Source: Raja brachyura (lineage: Eukaryota). From it: a DNA stretch of 64,000 nt. The notes beneath the pieces were generated by a model, which saw nothing but the letters and a program-made list of their open reading frames with translations, was not told the origin of the DNA and did no database searches. Location of the stretch: contig OY740781.1 in assembly GCA_963514005.1 (NCBI GenBank), positions 65,658,001-65,722,000 on the forward strand, read 5' to 3'. Positions 38,575 through 51,396 of this stretch are shown here, one piece after another. Position numbers and translations under genes: made by a program. Every line of letters begins with the position of its first letter. Position 1 is the stretch's first letter.

Positions 38575-38711
38575 TGGCTACAGGCGACAAATTCTACTGT
38601 TATAGGTTGTCGTAGGTGCTGTCGTAGGTTGTCGCCAGGTGTCATAGGTGAATTCCATTCAAACTAGTCCCTGGCAGTCGCCTAAAGAGTCGTCTAAGTG
38701 AGACAGGCCCA
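38575..38711. mobile_element. Harbinger-type MITE, one end only
   Basis: gtcgtagg repeats and terminus taagtgagacaggccc followed by attaa. Confidence 0.6.
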
Positions 38712-39562
38712 TTAAGGGTTAATTTAGTAACTTTTACAAGACAGGTTTTTATTCTGAGAAGAAAAAAAATGGAGTCCATTTATAGCAATCAATCACTGGA
38801 ATAATAGCATTTCGGTGTTACATTGGCACAGTACACCATCAAAAATTCAAAAGTGTGTTTCTCCTGATATCTTGCTATAACATCTGCAGAAAATCAGTGC
38901 AAAGCCTGGAGAAATCGCGTAAACAGCAATATACATTGTTCTTTTGAAGGCGTTGTCAATTTACCACAGAAGCTGCAGTGGAAGATTAGAAATAAGACCT
39001 GATAAAAGACCATTACAAGTTTCCCAGCTGTTTTACCACTTACACGGACACGTTTGTGTGAATGTGATTTACTGCTATAAACAATTACTGGTGCTATGCG
39101 AAAGTGTTAATAGTGGCCCAGGATTAATTTTTAGTCTAAAACAAGACCCCTGTGGGGAAAACCCAGCCTTTACCAGCTATCATCATGTGGATGTTAATTA
39201 CCAGCTTTAGCCTTAAGTCTTGAAACAGTGTGTGCAAAGCAATTTGTATTCAGCAAACCTCTTATTCGATAAATTTACTAGAATGTATTCAGAAGTGTTA
39301 CATTTTCCTCTTATGAAAAGCACAGGCCAACTGTCTGTAATTGCTTATTGAATCCTGAAGTGCAGCATTTCAACACCAAAAAGGCAAAAGAGCCTCCTTG
39401 TACTTGCCAGTCAATTTACGCTTAATTTCCCATCACAGTAAACCCTCATTTTAATTACCACTTTAAAACAGATTTTGGTAATAGTGGACAGTCCACCTCG
39501 GCTTGGATCGCCTACCCAGCCCCCGCTTTCAACGCCTCTCCCTGGTGGCAAGGAGCAGCAAG

Positions 39563-40062
39563 TAGCGAGTCCTGCTTCACCCACTGCACAGTCCATCTGA
39601 TATGGTTGTTGTTGCAGCTCATGTTGTAACCCCCGGCTTTCTTCAGGCCGCTGCTACGGTCAAGATATGCTTGGTCACTGTGGGGCTCCTTACCCTCTCA
39701 CCAGCTCACTGCTTTTTGTTGGCCATTGCTTTGTCCACTTGGCCTCTTTCCCCCCCTCTCCTCTTTCCCCCATCGCGCAGGCCACTCGGCCTCTCCCCCT
39801 CCCCGCCCCCGCTGCTTGCCGCCCACTCCTCCTCCTCCCCCAGAGTCGCCGACATACTTCACTTTGGAAGATGTCACTGATTACGAGGGAGAAGGGGGAG
39901 GAGGCAACAAGAGAGGTGACAGAACGACAAATGAGACAGGAGCAAGCCCTGCGATGAACGAGCACATCCTGTCAGTTGCGGCGGCCTGAAGAAAGCGCGT
40001 CCTGTCGGGGCTACTACGTGAGCCGCAACAACTGCCAAAAGAAATGGTGAAGAAGGGCTCGC
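39563..40062. repeat. Diverged GC-rich inverted repeat of unknown origin
   Basis: About 39563-39690 aligns, with gaps, to the reverse complement of about 39935-40062 (gctttcttcaggccgc, gttgttgcRgctcaYgt, gcgagYcctKcttcacc). Confidence 0.7.
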
Positions 40063-40102
40063 TGGTGCAAACCAGCAACATCGGCACCTAGTTTTACGGC
40101 AA

Positions 40103-40255
40103 AATAACACAGTGCTGGAGTAACTCAGCCAACTGAATCAGTCTGATGAAAGGTCCAGACATTGCCTATCCATTTTCCCAAAGATGCTGCCTGAATTACT
40201 CCAGCACTTTGTGCCCCTTTGTGTATTAACCACCATCTGCAGTTCTTTGTTTCAA
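40103..40255. mobile_element. Penelope pLTR inverted fragment
   Basis: acacagtgctggagtaactcag ... ctgatgaaaggtccagac ... ttactccagcactttgtg ... catctgcagttc. Confidence 0.7.
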
Positions 40256-40909
40256 CTACATACAGTTACACCATAATACCTTATTTGGTTATAGCGGACA
40301 ATCGTCAATAACAGATGGTTCATGGTCCATTATAATCAGGGTTTACTATGTTCTATACATCCATGTAAGTTCCTCTGTTTCTCTCCAATAGGAATGGTGC
40401 ACAAGGTACAGTATAATCAGCAACATTAAAACTGGCATCTATACTTTTGAAAATGAATATATTTTTTGACCAATGTACAGGTATATTACTGCTCATTTTA
40501 AACAAAGCTCACAGAAGTACAAAGGCTGAGGAGTCTTTGCTGCTTAGATATAGTTGGACTATACTTATAAGCATTTAGGCCATTTAAATGAACCTTTAAC
40601 ACTCTCTGCATATTGAGTCCTGATTGTGGAACCAATTATGAATACATCTTCTAGTCTTATATATTCTAGTATATACGCTTTCATTTTGTATTATTTTCTT
40701 ACTTGTTTTGCTAATAGCACGTCAATACAAGGTTTGCAGGGGATCAGAAGGGAAAAATGCAGACTATTTTGGCAACTGTTCATGTTCATTCCAAATGAAC
40801 AGCCATGCCCATTTAAGGTAGCTGTAATCTGGGAACTTGGGGAAAAAAACATCTCTTCCACAGTGCAATATATACAGTACAATATATGAGAGTCAAATAT
40901 ATATATTCA

Positions 40910-41235
40910 TAAGGTCATAAAACGGGAGAGATGAGGTAATTCAGCACATTTTGTTTGCTCTGCCATTCGATCATGGCTGATTTATCTTTTCCTCTCTACC
41001 ATATTCGCCTGCCTTCTCCCCCATAACATTGGATGCTTCCTTATTAAGACCCTATCAATGTCCACTTTAAATGTACCCAATGTCTGCAGAAATGAATTCC
41101 ACAGATTCACCACCTTGTGGCTAAATTCTAAAAGTATGTCCTTTTATTCTGATGCTGTGCCCTCTGGTACTGGACTCTCCCATTACTGTAAATATCCTCT
41201 CCGCGTACGCACTATCTGGGACTTTCATTATTCAG
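40910..41235 (-). mobile_element. CR1 3' fragment
   Basis: gccattcgatcatggctgat...gccttctccccc...gaattccacagattcaccacc. Confidence 0.8.
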
Positions 41236-41647
41236 TAGAAATATGGGATTTATTATTCCTTCATCGCTCCTGGCAAGGACACAAAACAATATATACAGAT
41301 TCTCCTTAACACTAATATGTTTAATCCTTGATCCCTGACCCTGCAATCTATTGCCCTATATCCAACCTCTGTTTCTCAGCTCAATCCATTGAAAGTGTTG
41401 TGATTCAAGTTCCATGTATGAATCATTCTTTCCGATCAGCCTCTGCTATGATACTGAAACAGTCATTAATGAGATTGAGACAAAGGTAACCTATTATACC
41501 TTGACCGCCCTGTCGTCTGTGGCTGTATTGATGACCCCATAGACATCCAGCCCCACTCCATCATCAGCCGGCAAGGTGAAAGTGGCAAAGTTTAAAGGAG
41601 ATATGCATTAGCAAGCTTTTTACACAGAAGGTAGTGTGTTTCATGTA

Positions 41648-41960
41648 CTTTAGTGTAGTTTAGAGATGTAGCACGGAAACAGCCCCTTTGGCCCATCCGA
41701 GTCCGCTCCGACCAGCGATCCCCGTACATTAACACTATCCTACACACACTAGGGACAATTTTACATTTACACCAAGCCAATTAATCTACAAACCTGTACG
41801 TCTTTGGAGTGTGGGAGGAAACCAAAGATCTCGGAGAAAACCCACGCAGGTCACGGGGAGAACGTACAAACTCCGTACAGACAAGCACCCATAATCAGGA
41901 TCGAACCAAGGTCTCTGGCGCTGTGAGGTAGTAGCTCTACCTCTATGTCACAATGCCGCC
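41648..41960 (-). mobile_element. V-SINE inserted into a CR1 3' end (about 41570-42165, +)
   Basis: Complete reverse V-SINE. The CR1 flanks tttttacacagaaggtagtg and gtggaagcggatatga...gcgctgtactgttctatg are colinear. Confidence 0.87.
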
Positions 41961-44169
41961 AACAACCTGCTGGCAGGGATGGTAGTGGAAGCGGATATGA
42001 GAGTGTTGTTTAAGAGGCTTTTTGGAAGGCACTTGGATATGCAGGGAATGGAGGAGTATGAATCATGAGCAGGCAGATGGGATTAGTTTAGTTAGGCCTC
42101 ATGTTCGGCACAGACATTATGGGCTGAAGAGTCTGTTCCTGCGCTGTACTGTTCTATGTTCCATGTAACAGGACACACCTATTTCCGTTCTTGTCAACCT
42201 AGTCACTGGCAAAAGGTTCCTACACTCAGACTGGTACCTCCAGTGTTCTCCAGAAAATTATAAGACACACCTATTGCTCATTCACATCACTACATGAGTT
42301 AGCATACCACTCTGGAAGCATACCATTATCTTGAGCTTGCATTTTGATTTACATCATCACCACTAATCTTTGCCTTGTCATTTCTCTAATTATCAGGTAG
42401 CTCGAAACCCAGGAATGAATGAAAGTGTGTACATTTTCTTCAATTCCATTGGGCCATTGGGCTCCCATTAGAAAATGTATACCACAATCACCTACATCCT
42501 TCTCACTGGCAACTAAAACTGCACCAAAATGTTTGCAACCTTGGCATATTTGATCTAAAGCAAAGATCATCTCATTAATGTTTTTAAATATAACTACAGA
42601 ATCTTATATACTTCTATTGTACAACCCCTAAGCACTGACAGTGTTTCCCTGTGGCAATATTATTGTGCCCTAGGCATAATGGGTACATATCGGATGAGGC
42701 CCTACAGTAAAGGCAATAAAAGAACCATACTCATTATAAAGCTCACAGTGCACCATGGACACAGTTATTGCAAACTCTACAGATATTATTTTTTAAAACT
42801 ACAACAATACAATAGATTGTGGCAAATCAGCTTTAACAGTAAATTTATAGAATAAAAGTGAAGGATTAAAGACGTTGTCACCACTTTTCAGTATTGTAGT
42901 AGAGTCGGAAGCCTGATTGGAAGGTCTGACTCAAATATGGAGAATGAATTACAACACTTTGAAAGGTTTAAGAAACAAATTGGACACAGGGAAATGGATT
43001 ACAAGGTCAGGAGATCAAGGATTAAACCTATTAGTATTAAGGAGCGCTCTCCAACCTCTCTTGTTCCATACATGGTTCTGTGTCCTTTCAGAAGCTGCTG
43101 AGGAATAATAAATCTAATTGTTCTAAAAAAATATTTGGCTTTCATATATTGAATTTCAGCCATGCCTCTATCTTCAACATGTCTTTTTTTAATCTCTGAT
43201 CTGTGAAGGAATGAGTGGTATCCATTTATGCTTGGTTTCCAAAGGCATTATTAAACCTTTGCAAAAAGCAGAATAATATGGCTGGATCTTCTTGTATCTT
43301 TTCAACAACAAAACAATTACATAATTTGTGCCACTTTTGGAATTTATTACCAGTTGTATTGGTTGCAAAACTAAACAACCACACCTCAGCCCAATTGCAA
43401 ACCTGTATAACCAGTAAATCTATCCGCTTTGATGAATTTCTTTACCAAGGATGTCACTACTCTTTCTTGAAAAACTGTTAGAAATAAAAAGAATGCTGAA
43501 AATAAAATGGCACAAAGAGTTTCGAAATGATTACCGACATCCGCACTATGGACATCCAATGGCTAACCCTTAACAAAATGAGTAAAGTGCAACAACATTT
43601 ACCAAACACTAACTCCAAAAAATGGATTAAAGTTTGGTCCAAGGGCATTGTTTTTCTTATATAATGTAATTTAAAAAATGAAAGATGCTCCAAATTTGAT
43701 TTCCTTTTAGACTTTCTGACATAAGCTTAAGATAACTGATCCCAAGAGATGGTTTATGTGGACAATTTCAAGCCTGAATTAAAGTGTGTAGTGCTTCCAG
43801 ATGTTTGACAATAATATAGATCTTAAGTTTTAGAGGATTCTTTGTAAAGTTCCTATGACTTTACAAATTACGGTTTCACAATTGGAGAAACCTTGTTTGC
43901 TAAGTCAAAATTGATGGTTCCCTGAAAATCAGCGGAAAATATTGTTCTCAACAATGAGTTTGAACTACTTTCATGCATTAGAAAAAGAGCCATTCCACAA
44001 ATCTGGATTTTGCTTACCCTCTTTCATTCAGTGACTGAAGTCCATATGTTCAAAAGTTCATAAATTCCCTGATAAATCTTTCAACATATTTCTAAAAGAC
44101 ATGATTTCATTCAGCAATTAAATGTCCTAAATTGACCAGAAACTTACCAAAAGAAATATTATCCAAAGT

Positions 44170-45490
44170 AGCAGTAACAGGATCGGTCCGAGTCAGCATG
44201 GATTTACGAAGGGGAAATCATGCTCGACTTATCTTCTGGAATTTTTTGAGGATGCAACTAGAAAAATGGACAAGGGAGAGCCAGTGGATGTAGTTTACCT
44301 GGCCTTTCAGAAAGCATTTGATAATGTCCCACATAGGAGATTAGTAGGCAAATTTAGGACACATGGTATTGGGGGTAGAGTGCTGACTTGGATAGAAAAT
44401 TGGTTGGCAGACAGGAAACAAAGAGTAGGGATTAACGGGTCCCTTTCAGAATGGCAGGCAGTGACTATTGGTGTACCACAAGGCTCGGTGCTAGTACCGC
44501 AGCTATTTACAATATACATCAATGATTTGGATGAAGGGATTCAAAGTAACATTAGCAAATTTGCAGATGACACAAAGCTGGGTGGCAGTGTGAACTGTGA
44601 GGAGGATTCTATGAGAATGCAGGGTGACTTGGACAGGTTGCGTGAGTGGGCAGATGCATGCATGGCAGATTAAGTTTAATGTGGATAAATGTGAGGTTAT
44701 CCACTTTGGTATAAAAAACAGGAAGGCAGACTACTATCCAAATGGCGTCAAGTTTGGAAAAGGGGAAAGATAATGGGATCTGGGGGTACATGTTCATCAG
44801 TCTATGAAGGTAAGCATGCAGGTACAGCAGGCAGTGAAGAAAGCGAATGCATGTTGGCCTTTATAACAAGAGGAGTCGAGTATAGGAGCAAAGATGTCCT
44901 TCTGCAGTTGTACAGGGCCCTAGTGAAACCACACCTGGAGTATTGTGTGCAGTTTTGGTCCCCTAATTTGAGGAAGGACATTCTTGCTATTGAGGGAATG
45001 CAGCATAGGTTTGCAAGGTTAATTCCTGGGATGGTGGGACTGTCATATGCTAAGAGAATGGGACGGCTGGGCTTGTACACTCTGGAGTTTAGAAGGATGA
45101 GAGGGGATCTTATTGAAACATTTAAGATTATTAAGGGTTTGGACACAGGCTAGAGGCAGGAAACATGTTCCCGATGTTGGGGGAGTCCAGGACCAGGGGC
45201 CACAGTTTAAGAATGAGGGGTAAGCCATTTACAACGGAGACGAGGAAACACTTTTTTTAACAGAGAGTTGTGAGTCTGTGGAATTATCTGCCTCAGAGGG
45301 CTTTGGAGGCCGGTTCTGTTGATAATTTCAAGGGAGAGCTAGTTAGTGCTCTTAAAGATAGCGGATTCAGGGGATATGGGGAGAAGGCAGGAACGAGGTA
45401 CTGATTGGGGATGATCAGCAATGATCGCATTGGATGGCGGTGCTGGCACGAAGGGCCGAATGGCCTACTCCTGCACCTATTTTCTATTGT
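44170..45490 (+). mobile_element. 5'-truncated CR1 LINE
   Basis: DKGEPVDVVYLAFQKAFD..GVPQGSVL..KFADDTKLGG with frameshifts; tail gcacctattttctattgtc. Same subfamily as 14401-17068. Confidence 0.93.
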
Positions 45491-45562
45491 CAAAGACAAT
45501 ATTAAACCAACATATCCACAAACTTGTCTCTAAAAATTAATGCGCAGAATTTATTTGCATGT

Positions 45563-45805
45563 TGTAGGAGCACCTAGTGGTGGCTCTGGTAATGTCAAAC
45601 CCTCGCTATTGGCTGGCATGGTCATGTGAGTGGGGGAGCATATTTTCACGGGCTTTCTGTAAAACCATTCATTCGAGCTCCACGCGGTTTGGGTGAGTAT
45701 TGTTTATTTTGGCTGTCAATATCGTCTCGGGTAATCACTTTATTTTTGTTTAAAAAATAAAGAACTTTGCTGTACCCGACTGTCTCGACTCGCCAGAATG
45801 TTACA
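45563..45805 (+). mobile_element. Probable solo LTR
   Basis: TGTA...TACA termini, flanks catgt (45558-45562) / cattt (45806-45810), AATAAA about 45 nt before the 3' end. Confidence 0.55.
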
Positions 45806-46037
45806 CATTTGCTGTGTGAACGGCCTACAAATAATTTGTTTGTGAGCACAACACTACAAAATTCATTATTGCATAAGTTCCAAACTCATAGGGATTAATG
45901 GGAAGCCAAGGCACGTACTTTATGTATGAACTGTATCTAGCATGGTGGGAATGAGTTTTTAGTGGCTCCACAGCAGAGGGAATGGAACCAGGATTGGCTT
46001 CTAAAGATCGCAAGTGGTTGGTGGAGAGTGACAAGAG

Positions 46038-46330
46038 GTTTAGTTTAGTTTAGAGATACAGTATGGAAACAGGCCCTTTGGCCCATCTTGACCAGCAATC
46101 TCAAAATACATTGGCTCTATCCTACATACTAAGAAGCCAATTAACCTATGAACCTGCATGTCTTTGGAGTGTGGGAGGAAACCGGAACACTCGGAGAAAA
46201 CCCACGCGGTCACAGGGAGAACGTACAAACTCTGTACAAACTCTGTACAGACAGCACCCAAGGTCAGGATGGAACTTGGGTCTCTGGCACTGTAAGGCAG
46301 CAACTCTACCACTGCACCACCATGCTGCCC
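46038..46330 (-). mobile_element. V-SINE
   Basis: (tttag)n tail, reverse V-domain ctttggagtgtgggaggaaaccgga, reverse tRNA head. Confidence 0.87.
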
Positions 46331-46639
46331 TTATTGGGTCTGGGTACTTGATTAGGGGTGGAGTAGGTCCTGCAACTAGTTAAGTACCCAAATCAGGGGA
46401 CTGTGAATGCTGTAACTGTGTTAGTAAAATGTTGAGGAGGGTGATTGGTTGGTAAGGGGGCGGTTTGTTGGCGCCAACGGTATTCTTGAATAGGTAGGTT
46501 TATGGTTGTGGGATGAGCTCAATAAAAAAAAAATAGGTGGAGGAGGGAGGCAACGTAGTGGGTGTGATTCGTGTCTTCTAGTTCAGTGGGATTGTCAGAT
46601 CAGGATAAAATTCCAGCGATAAAAAAACAAAATAAAAAT

Positions 46640-47095
46640 TATCTGAAGAAGGGTCCTGTTCAGAGACGTTGTTCGTCCACAAATGCTGCCTGACTGGCTG
46701 AGTTCCTCCAGCAGTTTGTTGTTTTGATCAGGTTTCCAGCATATGCAGTTTCCTGTGCTCCCAAAATGTTGTTGATGGTGGGGTGGAGCTCTGAATAAGA
46801 TCAGGTCAGTCTAAAAGGAATGGATTCCCAGTTTGAGCTACTCACATAGGTCCACTTCTTCTGAAGAAGGGTCTTGACCCGAAAAGTCACCTATTCCTTC
46901 ATAGTCGTAGAGTCATAGAGTGATAGTGCGGAAACAGACCCTTCAGCCCAACTTGCACACACCGGCCAACATGTCCCAGCTACACAAGTCCCACCTGCCT
47001 GTGTTTGGTCCATATCCCTCCAAACTGTCCTGTCCATTCTCCAGAGATGCTGCCTGGTCCTCTGAGTTACTCCAGGATTTTGTGCCTATCCACTT
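46640..47095 (+). mobile_element. Two Penelope pLTR fragments, the second split by a CR1 3' end (about 46901-47032, -)
   Basis: ctgaagaagggtc motifs at about 46643 and 46861; CR1 tail tcatagagtgatagtgcggaaacag. Confidence 0.7.
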
Positions 47096-47614
47096 TATGT
47101 CGCACAGAGATAGGCTTCGCAGGCACCGTGAATGGCTGCTTGAACAAGACTGGCCCCTGGTGGGTCATTCGTGCACCACATAAAATTTGCCACTTTGCTT
47201 TTCCCCTTCCCCATCCAAGCTAAGGTCAAGAAATTCACAATCCATGGTAATTTTACAATTTTCCTGATTGTTTCATTTCTCAATAATTGTATCCTGCACC
47301 CCTGCAAAACATAGTGCATCATGATGCAATTTCTTAGTACAAATATTCTTCCCTTTATATTTGCAGTAGGTGCAGCTGTAAAGAGAAGGCTGTGGTAAAA
47401 GGACATCTGGGACTATGGTGACCACAAGAACAAAATATAAGCTGACATCAAATTCTCCAAAAAAAATTTCACAATATGAAGGGATTTCATTTGTTTCTGG
47501 GTCAGATATATTGATGGGTACTTTTGATATCCTTTTATAAGATTAAGGACAGGTGCACATCATATAGCAATTTGTGTTAATTCAATATCGGATCCTTCCT
47601 CCCTTCTCCTGAAT

Positions 47615-47930
47615 GGGGCGGCATGGTGGAGTAGCAGTAGAGTTGCTGCCTTACAACGTTTGCAGCGCCAGAGACCCGGGTTCGATCCCGGCTACAGGTT
47701 CTTGTCTGTACGGAGTTTGTACATTCTCCCTGTGACCACGTGGGTTTTCTCCGAGATCTTCGGTTTCCTCCGACACTCCAAAGAAGTACACGTTTGTAGG
47801 TTAATTGGCTTGGTTAATGTAAAAATTGTCCTTCGTGTGTTGTATGTAGGATTGTGTTAATATGCGGGGATCGCTGGTCGGTGCGGACCTGGCGGGCCTG
47901 TTTCTACGCTGTATCTCTAAACTAAACTGC
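47615..47930 (+). mobile_element. V-SINE
   Basis: ggcggcatggtgg..., gacccgggttcgatcc, V-domain, ctgtatctctaaactaaact. Confidence 0.88.
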
Positions 47931-48109
47931 GCTGCATAAATGTTTTCAGTGTTGGGAATGAAGACACAGATGTGAGGGGAAATTAAAAGCATAAAGGCCT
48001 AGAAATTCCATAAACATGCTAAAATGCATTTGGTTCGAAAAAAATAAATCGCTAAAGGCAAGTAGGCATTCACCATCCGTTTGGAAAGCAACAATAAAGC
48101 TTCTGAATC

Positions 48110-48467
48110 CTTTCTCACATGGGAGAAATAGATCGGGTAGATGCACGGAGTCTCTTGCTCAGAGTAGGTGAATCGAGGACCAGAGGACATTGGTTTAAGG
48201 TGAAGGGGAAAAGAATTAATAGGAATCTGAGGATTTTTTAACACAAAGGGTGGTGGGTGGATGGAACAAGTTGCCAGTGGAGGTAGTTGAGGCTGGGACT
48301 ATCCCAACATTTAAGAAACAGTTAGACAGGTAAATGGATAGGACAGGTTTGGAGCGATATGGACCAAACGCGGACAGGTGGGACGGGTTTAGCTGGGGCA
48401 TGTTGGCCGGTGTGGGCAAGTTGGGCCGAAGGGTCTGTTTCCACATTTTATCACTCTATGACTATGG
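48110..48467 (+). mobile_element. CR1 3' fragment, same subfamily as 5128-5468
   Basis: gaggaccagaggacat..tttaaggtgaaggggaaaag...atcactctatgactatg. Confidence 0.88.
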
Positions 48468-49379
48468 AATGAAAGGACTGGACATATGCGGTGATGTTTG
48501 GTATCATGTGATACATGTTTGGACATCAGTTCTGTGAAATATTCCTTTGCTTGCTTAGTCCTTGATGGCATAGATCATTCATTGCTTCCATAATGAGTGA
48601 GGCATAGTTCTGCAAAAGTTAGATGGGACCTGCCAGTTCAGGTCCTAGGGGAAGGAACACTCCTATGAATAGGTCCTACTTATAGTCTTGCTCTGCACCA
48701 CAGCTCCTTTGTTAGCTCAACCCTGATCTCACTTATTATGCTGAAATCCCTCCCAAATTTTAATGTCCATCTTTTCTTCAGTGACCATGCTGCAAGTTGT
48801 TTTCCCCCATCTCTGACTACCACCTTGGATGTCATACATCAAAACATTTTTAATTTGGCCAATCACCCATTACACATTTAATGTCAATTTCCCAGCTCTT
48901 AAGTATTTCTCAGCTGAAGACTTTTTAAACGATTTAAAACTTTCCAGCCAATGGCAATATCCCAGAATCAATGCTGACCTCTGCAGGCCCATTTTGAAAT
49001 AGCAACATCATCTCCACTCATGACTGGGACTTGAAATCTAAAAGCCTGTGCTAACTTTTGGGATTGAACATGCACCCAACAAAATCAATGGCCACAGTGA
49101 ATTTTGCCTTGGAAGACTACTGGAAGAATTCACCTTGTATTATTGATTCAGTGGGCAAGAGTTGCTGCTAAATGCAACAAATGCAGCCAGTTTCAATGTA
49201 TGGCTCCTATGCCAGCAACATAGGCCTCATAAAATGGTGCCAATGCACATTTGATTTATTATGCTGTGCTCAGTTTAGAAAGGCATGGTAGAAGTAATCA
49301 TCAAGCACCTTTCCCAATGTGTAGTAACATAAGGAATCCTTGTTAACATAAAGATAAAGTTTCCAATTCATAATTTTAA

Positions 49380-49515
49380 TCTGTGTAGGAAGGAACTGCA
49401 GATGTTGGGTTACACCGAAGATAAGACACAAAATGTTGGAATAACTCAGCAGGACAGGCAGCGTCTCTGGAGAGTAGGAATGTGTGACATTTGGGTCTCT
49501 AGCTGAAACGTCACG
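49380..49515 (-). mobile_element. Penelope pLTR fragment
   Basis: ggaaggaactgcagatg...gacacaaaatgttgga...gtgacatttgggtc. Confidence 0.7.
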
Positions 49516-49772
49516 CATCATTTTAATCTGTTTAGTTGCATTAAACACCGATTCTCCCAATACTTCTGCGGATTGAGTTCATGGGAGTGGAATTACTTCA
49601 CAAAAGCATTTCCCTGTACCTCGGTACACGTGACAATAATAAACTAAACGTAATTTTCTTGCTCTGGAGTTTGCTACTGACTGATTTACCCTCGATGCAT
49701 CCAAATCAGAGGGCACAGCAGCAGCAGGCAAAGAACCAAAGACCTACATAGGCCGATGGAGTAAGGTGTGGA

Positions 49773-50555
49773 GGGTTACACAAAAAGCTGGAGAAACTCA
49801 GCGGGTGCAGCAGCATCTAAGGAGTGAAGGAGATAGGCGACGTTTCGGGTCGAGACCCTTCTTCAGACTGGTCAGGGATCGGGAAACGAGAGATATAGAC
49901 GGTGATGTGGAGAGATAAAGAACAATGAATGAAAGATATGAAAAAAAGTATCGATGATAAAGGAAACAGGCCATTGTAAGCTGTTTGTAGTGTGAAAATG
50001 AGAAGCTAGTGCGACTTGGGTGGGGGAGAGATAGAGAGAGAAGGAATGCCAGGGCCCGAGGGCTGAGGGAGAGGTGGGAAGGGGAGGAGACAGCCAAGGT
50101 TAACAGAATTGAGAAAATTCAATGTTTAAGCCCAGAGGATGCAGACTCCCCAAGCGGAATATGAGATGTTGTTCCTCCAACTTGCGGTGTTACTCACTCT
50201 GGCCGTGGAGGAGGCCCAGGACCGAGAGGTTGGATACGGAATGGGAGGGGGAGTTGAAGTGCTGAGCCACTGGGAGGTCGGGTTGGTTATTGTGGACCGA
50301 GCGGAGGTGTTCGGCGAAACGATCACCCAGCCTCCGCTTGGTCTCACCGATGTAGATCAGCTGGCATCTGGAGCAACGGATGCAGTAGATGCGGTTGGGG
50401 GACGTGCAGGTGAACCTCTGTCGGACTTGGAAGGACTGCTTGGGTCCCTGAAAGGAGTGGATGGGGGAGGTGAAGGGACAAGTGTAGCATCTCTTGCGGT
50501 TGCAAGGGAAAGTGCCCAGGGAAGGGGTGGAGCGGGAGGGAATGGAAGAAGGGAA
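49773..50555 (-). mobile_element. 5'-truncated Penelope (Neptune-type) element, sister of 12967-13744
   Basis: Reverse complement of the GIY-YIG/pLTR copy. Intact hammerhead motif at 49839-49866. Possible TSD gtgtgga (49766-49772) / gtgcgga (50556-50562). Confidence 0.94.
49839..49866 (-). ncRNA. Minimal hammerhead ribozyme motif, full consensus
   Basis: Minus strand reads CUGAAGA A GGGUC UC GACCC GAA ACGU C, with palindromic ACGU and a GUC cleavage triplet. Confidence 0.7.
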
Positions 50556-50833
50556 GTGCGGATATGCACAAGGTACGCATTCAGCAAAAAATCACATTCA
50601 AAACACACGGAAGATTGCTGGGGTTCAAGACAGTCACTTGCTGATGCCTTCTCCTGCAGTGACAGATGGATCTGAATGCTAGGACACACAATGCATAATT
50701 TGGAGTTACAGGTAATGCATGCCTGACTCCTTCAAAATTGTTTCTGGCATCATTGCAACATTAGTCAGTTCCTGAGCACACAGTGATCCAATAGGTCACT
50801 GATGCACTACTTGCAAGACAACTGTTCATCACC

Positions 50834-50930
50834 GGTAGACACAAAATGCTGGAGCAACTCAGAGGGACAGGCAGCATCTCTGGAGAGAAGGAATGGGTGA
50901 AGTTTCGGGTCGAGACCCTTCTTCAGACTG
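50834..50930 (-). mobile_element. Penelope pLTR with hammerhead-like core
   Basis: gtagacacaaaatgctggag...gtttcgggtcgagacccttcttcagactga. Confidence 0.8.
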
Positions 50931-51396
50931 ATCATCACTGCCTTCCGCACAGAAGCTTCTCCTTCACTCCTGTGGCTGCCAGTGATGCAGAACACGGACT
51001 TCAGTTTCACATTCAGGTCGTTCAACTGAAGAGTACTCGAATATAATCACAATAATGACTTTGCATTTGCAAACCTTTCTGAGTTTCCACCATCACACAC
51101 TGGGAGAATCATTTTTTTCCCCATTTGTGCACTTCGGGTGTGCAGTAAATTGCACAGCATGTGTAAATGCAACCTGCTAATTGCAATCACAAAGGACACT
51201 CCTGAGTTCAAGTGATGTTGATGTCCTGCTGGATGAGAATAGCTCTTTTCCCATAATTTGTGGAATTCCCTGAAGATTGTGCCAATGAATGGTATGGGAG
51301 CCTGTGTCAGGGGGTGAGGCAGGGAGGGGTTGGTCTTTTGCTGATGATGTACTGGTGATGTAAGTAGAAATTAAAAATAAGAAAGGGGTGATCACC

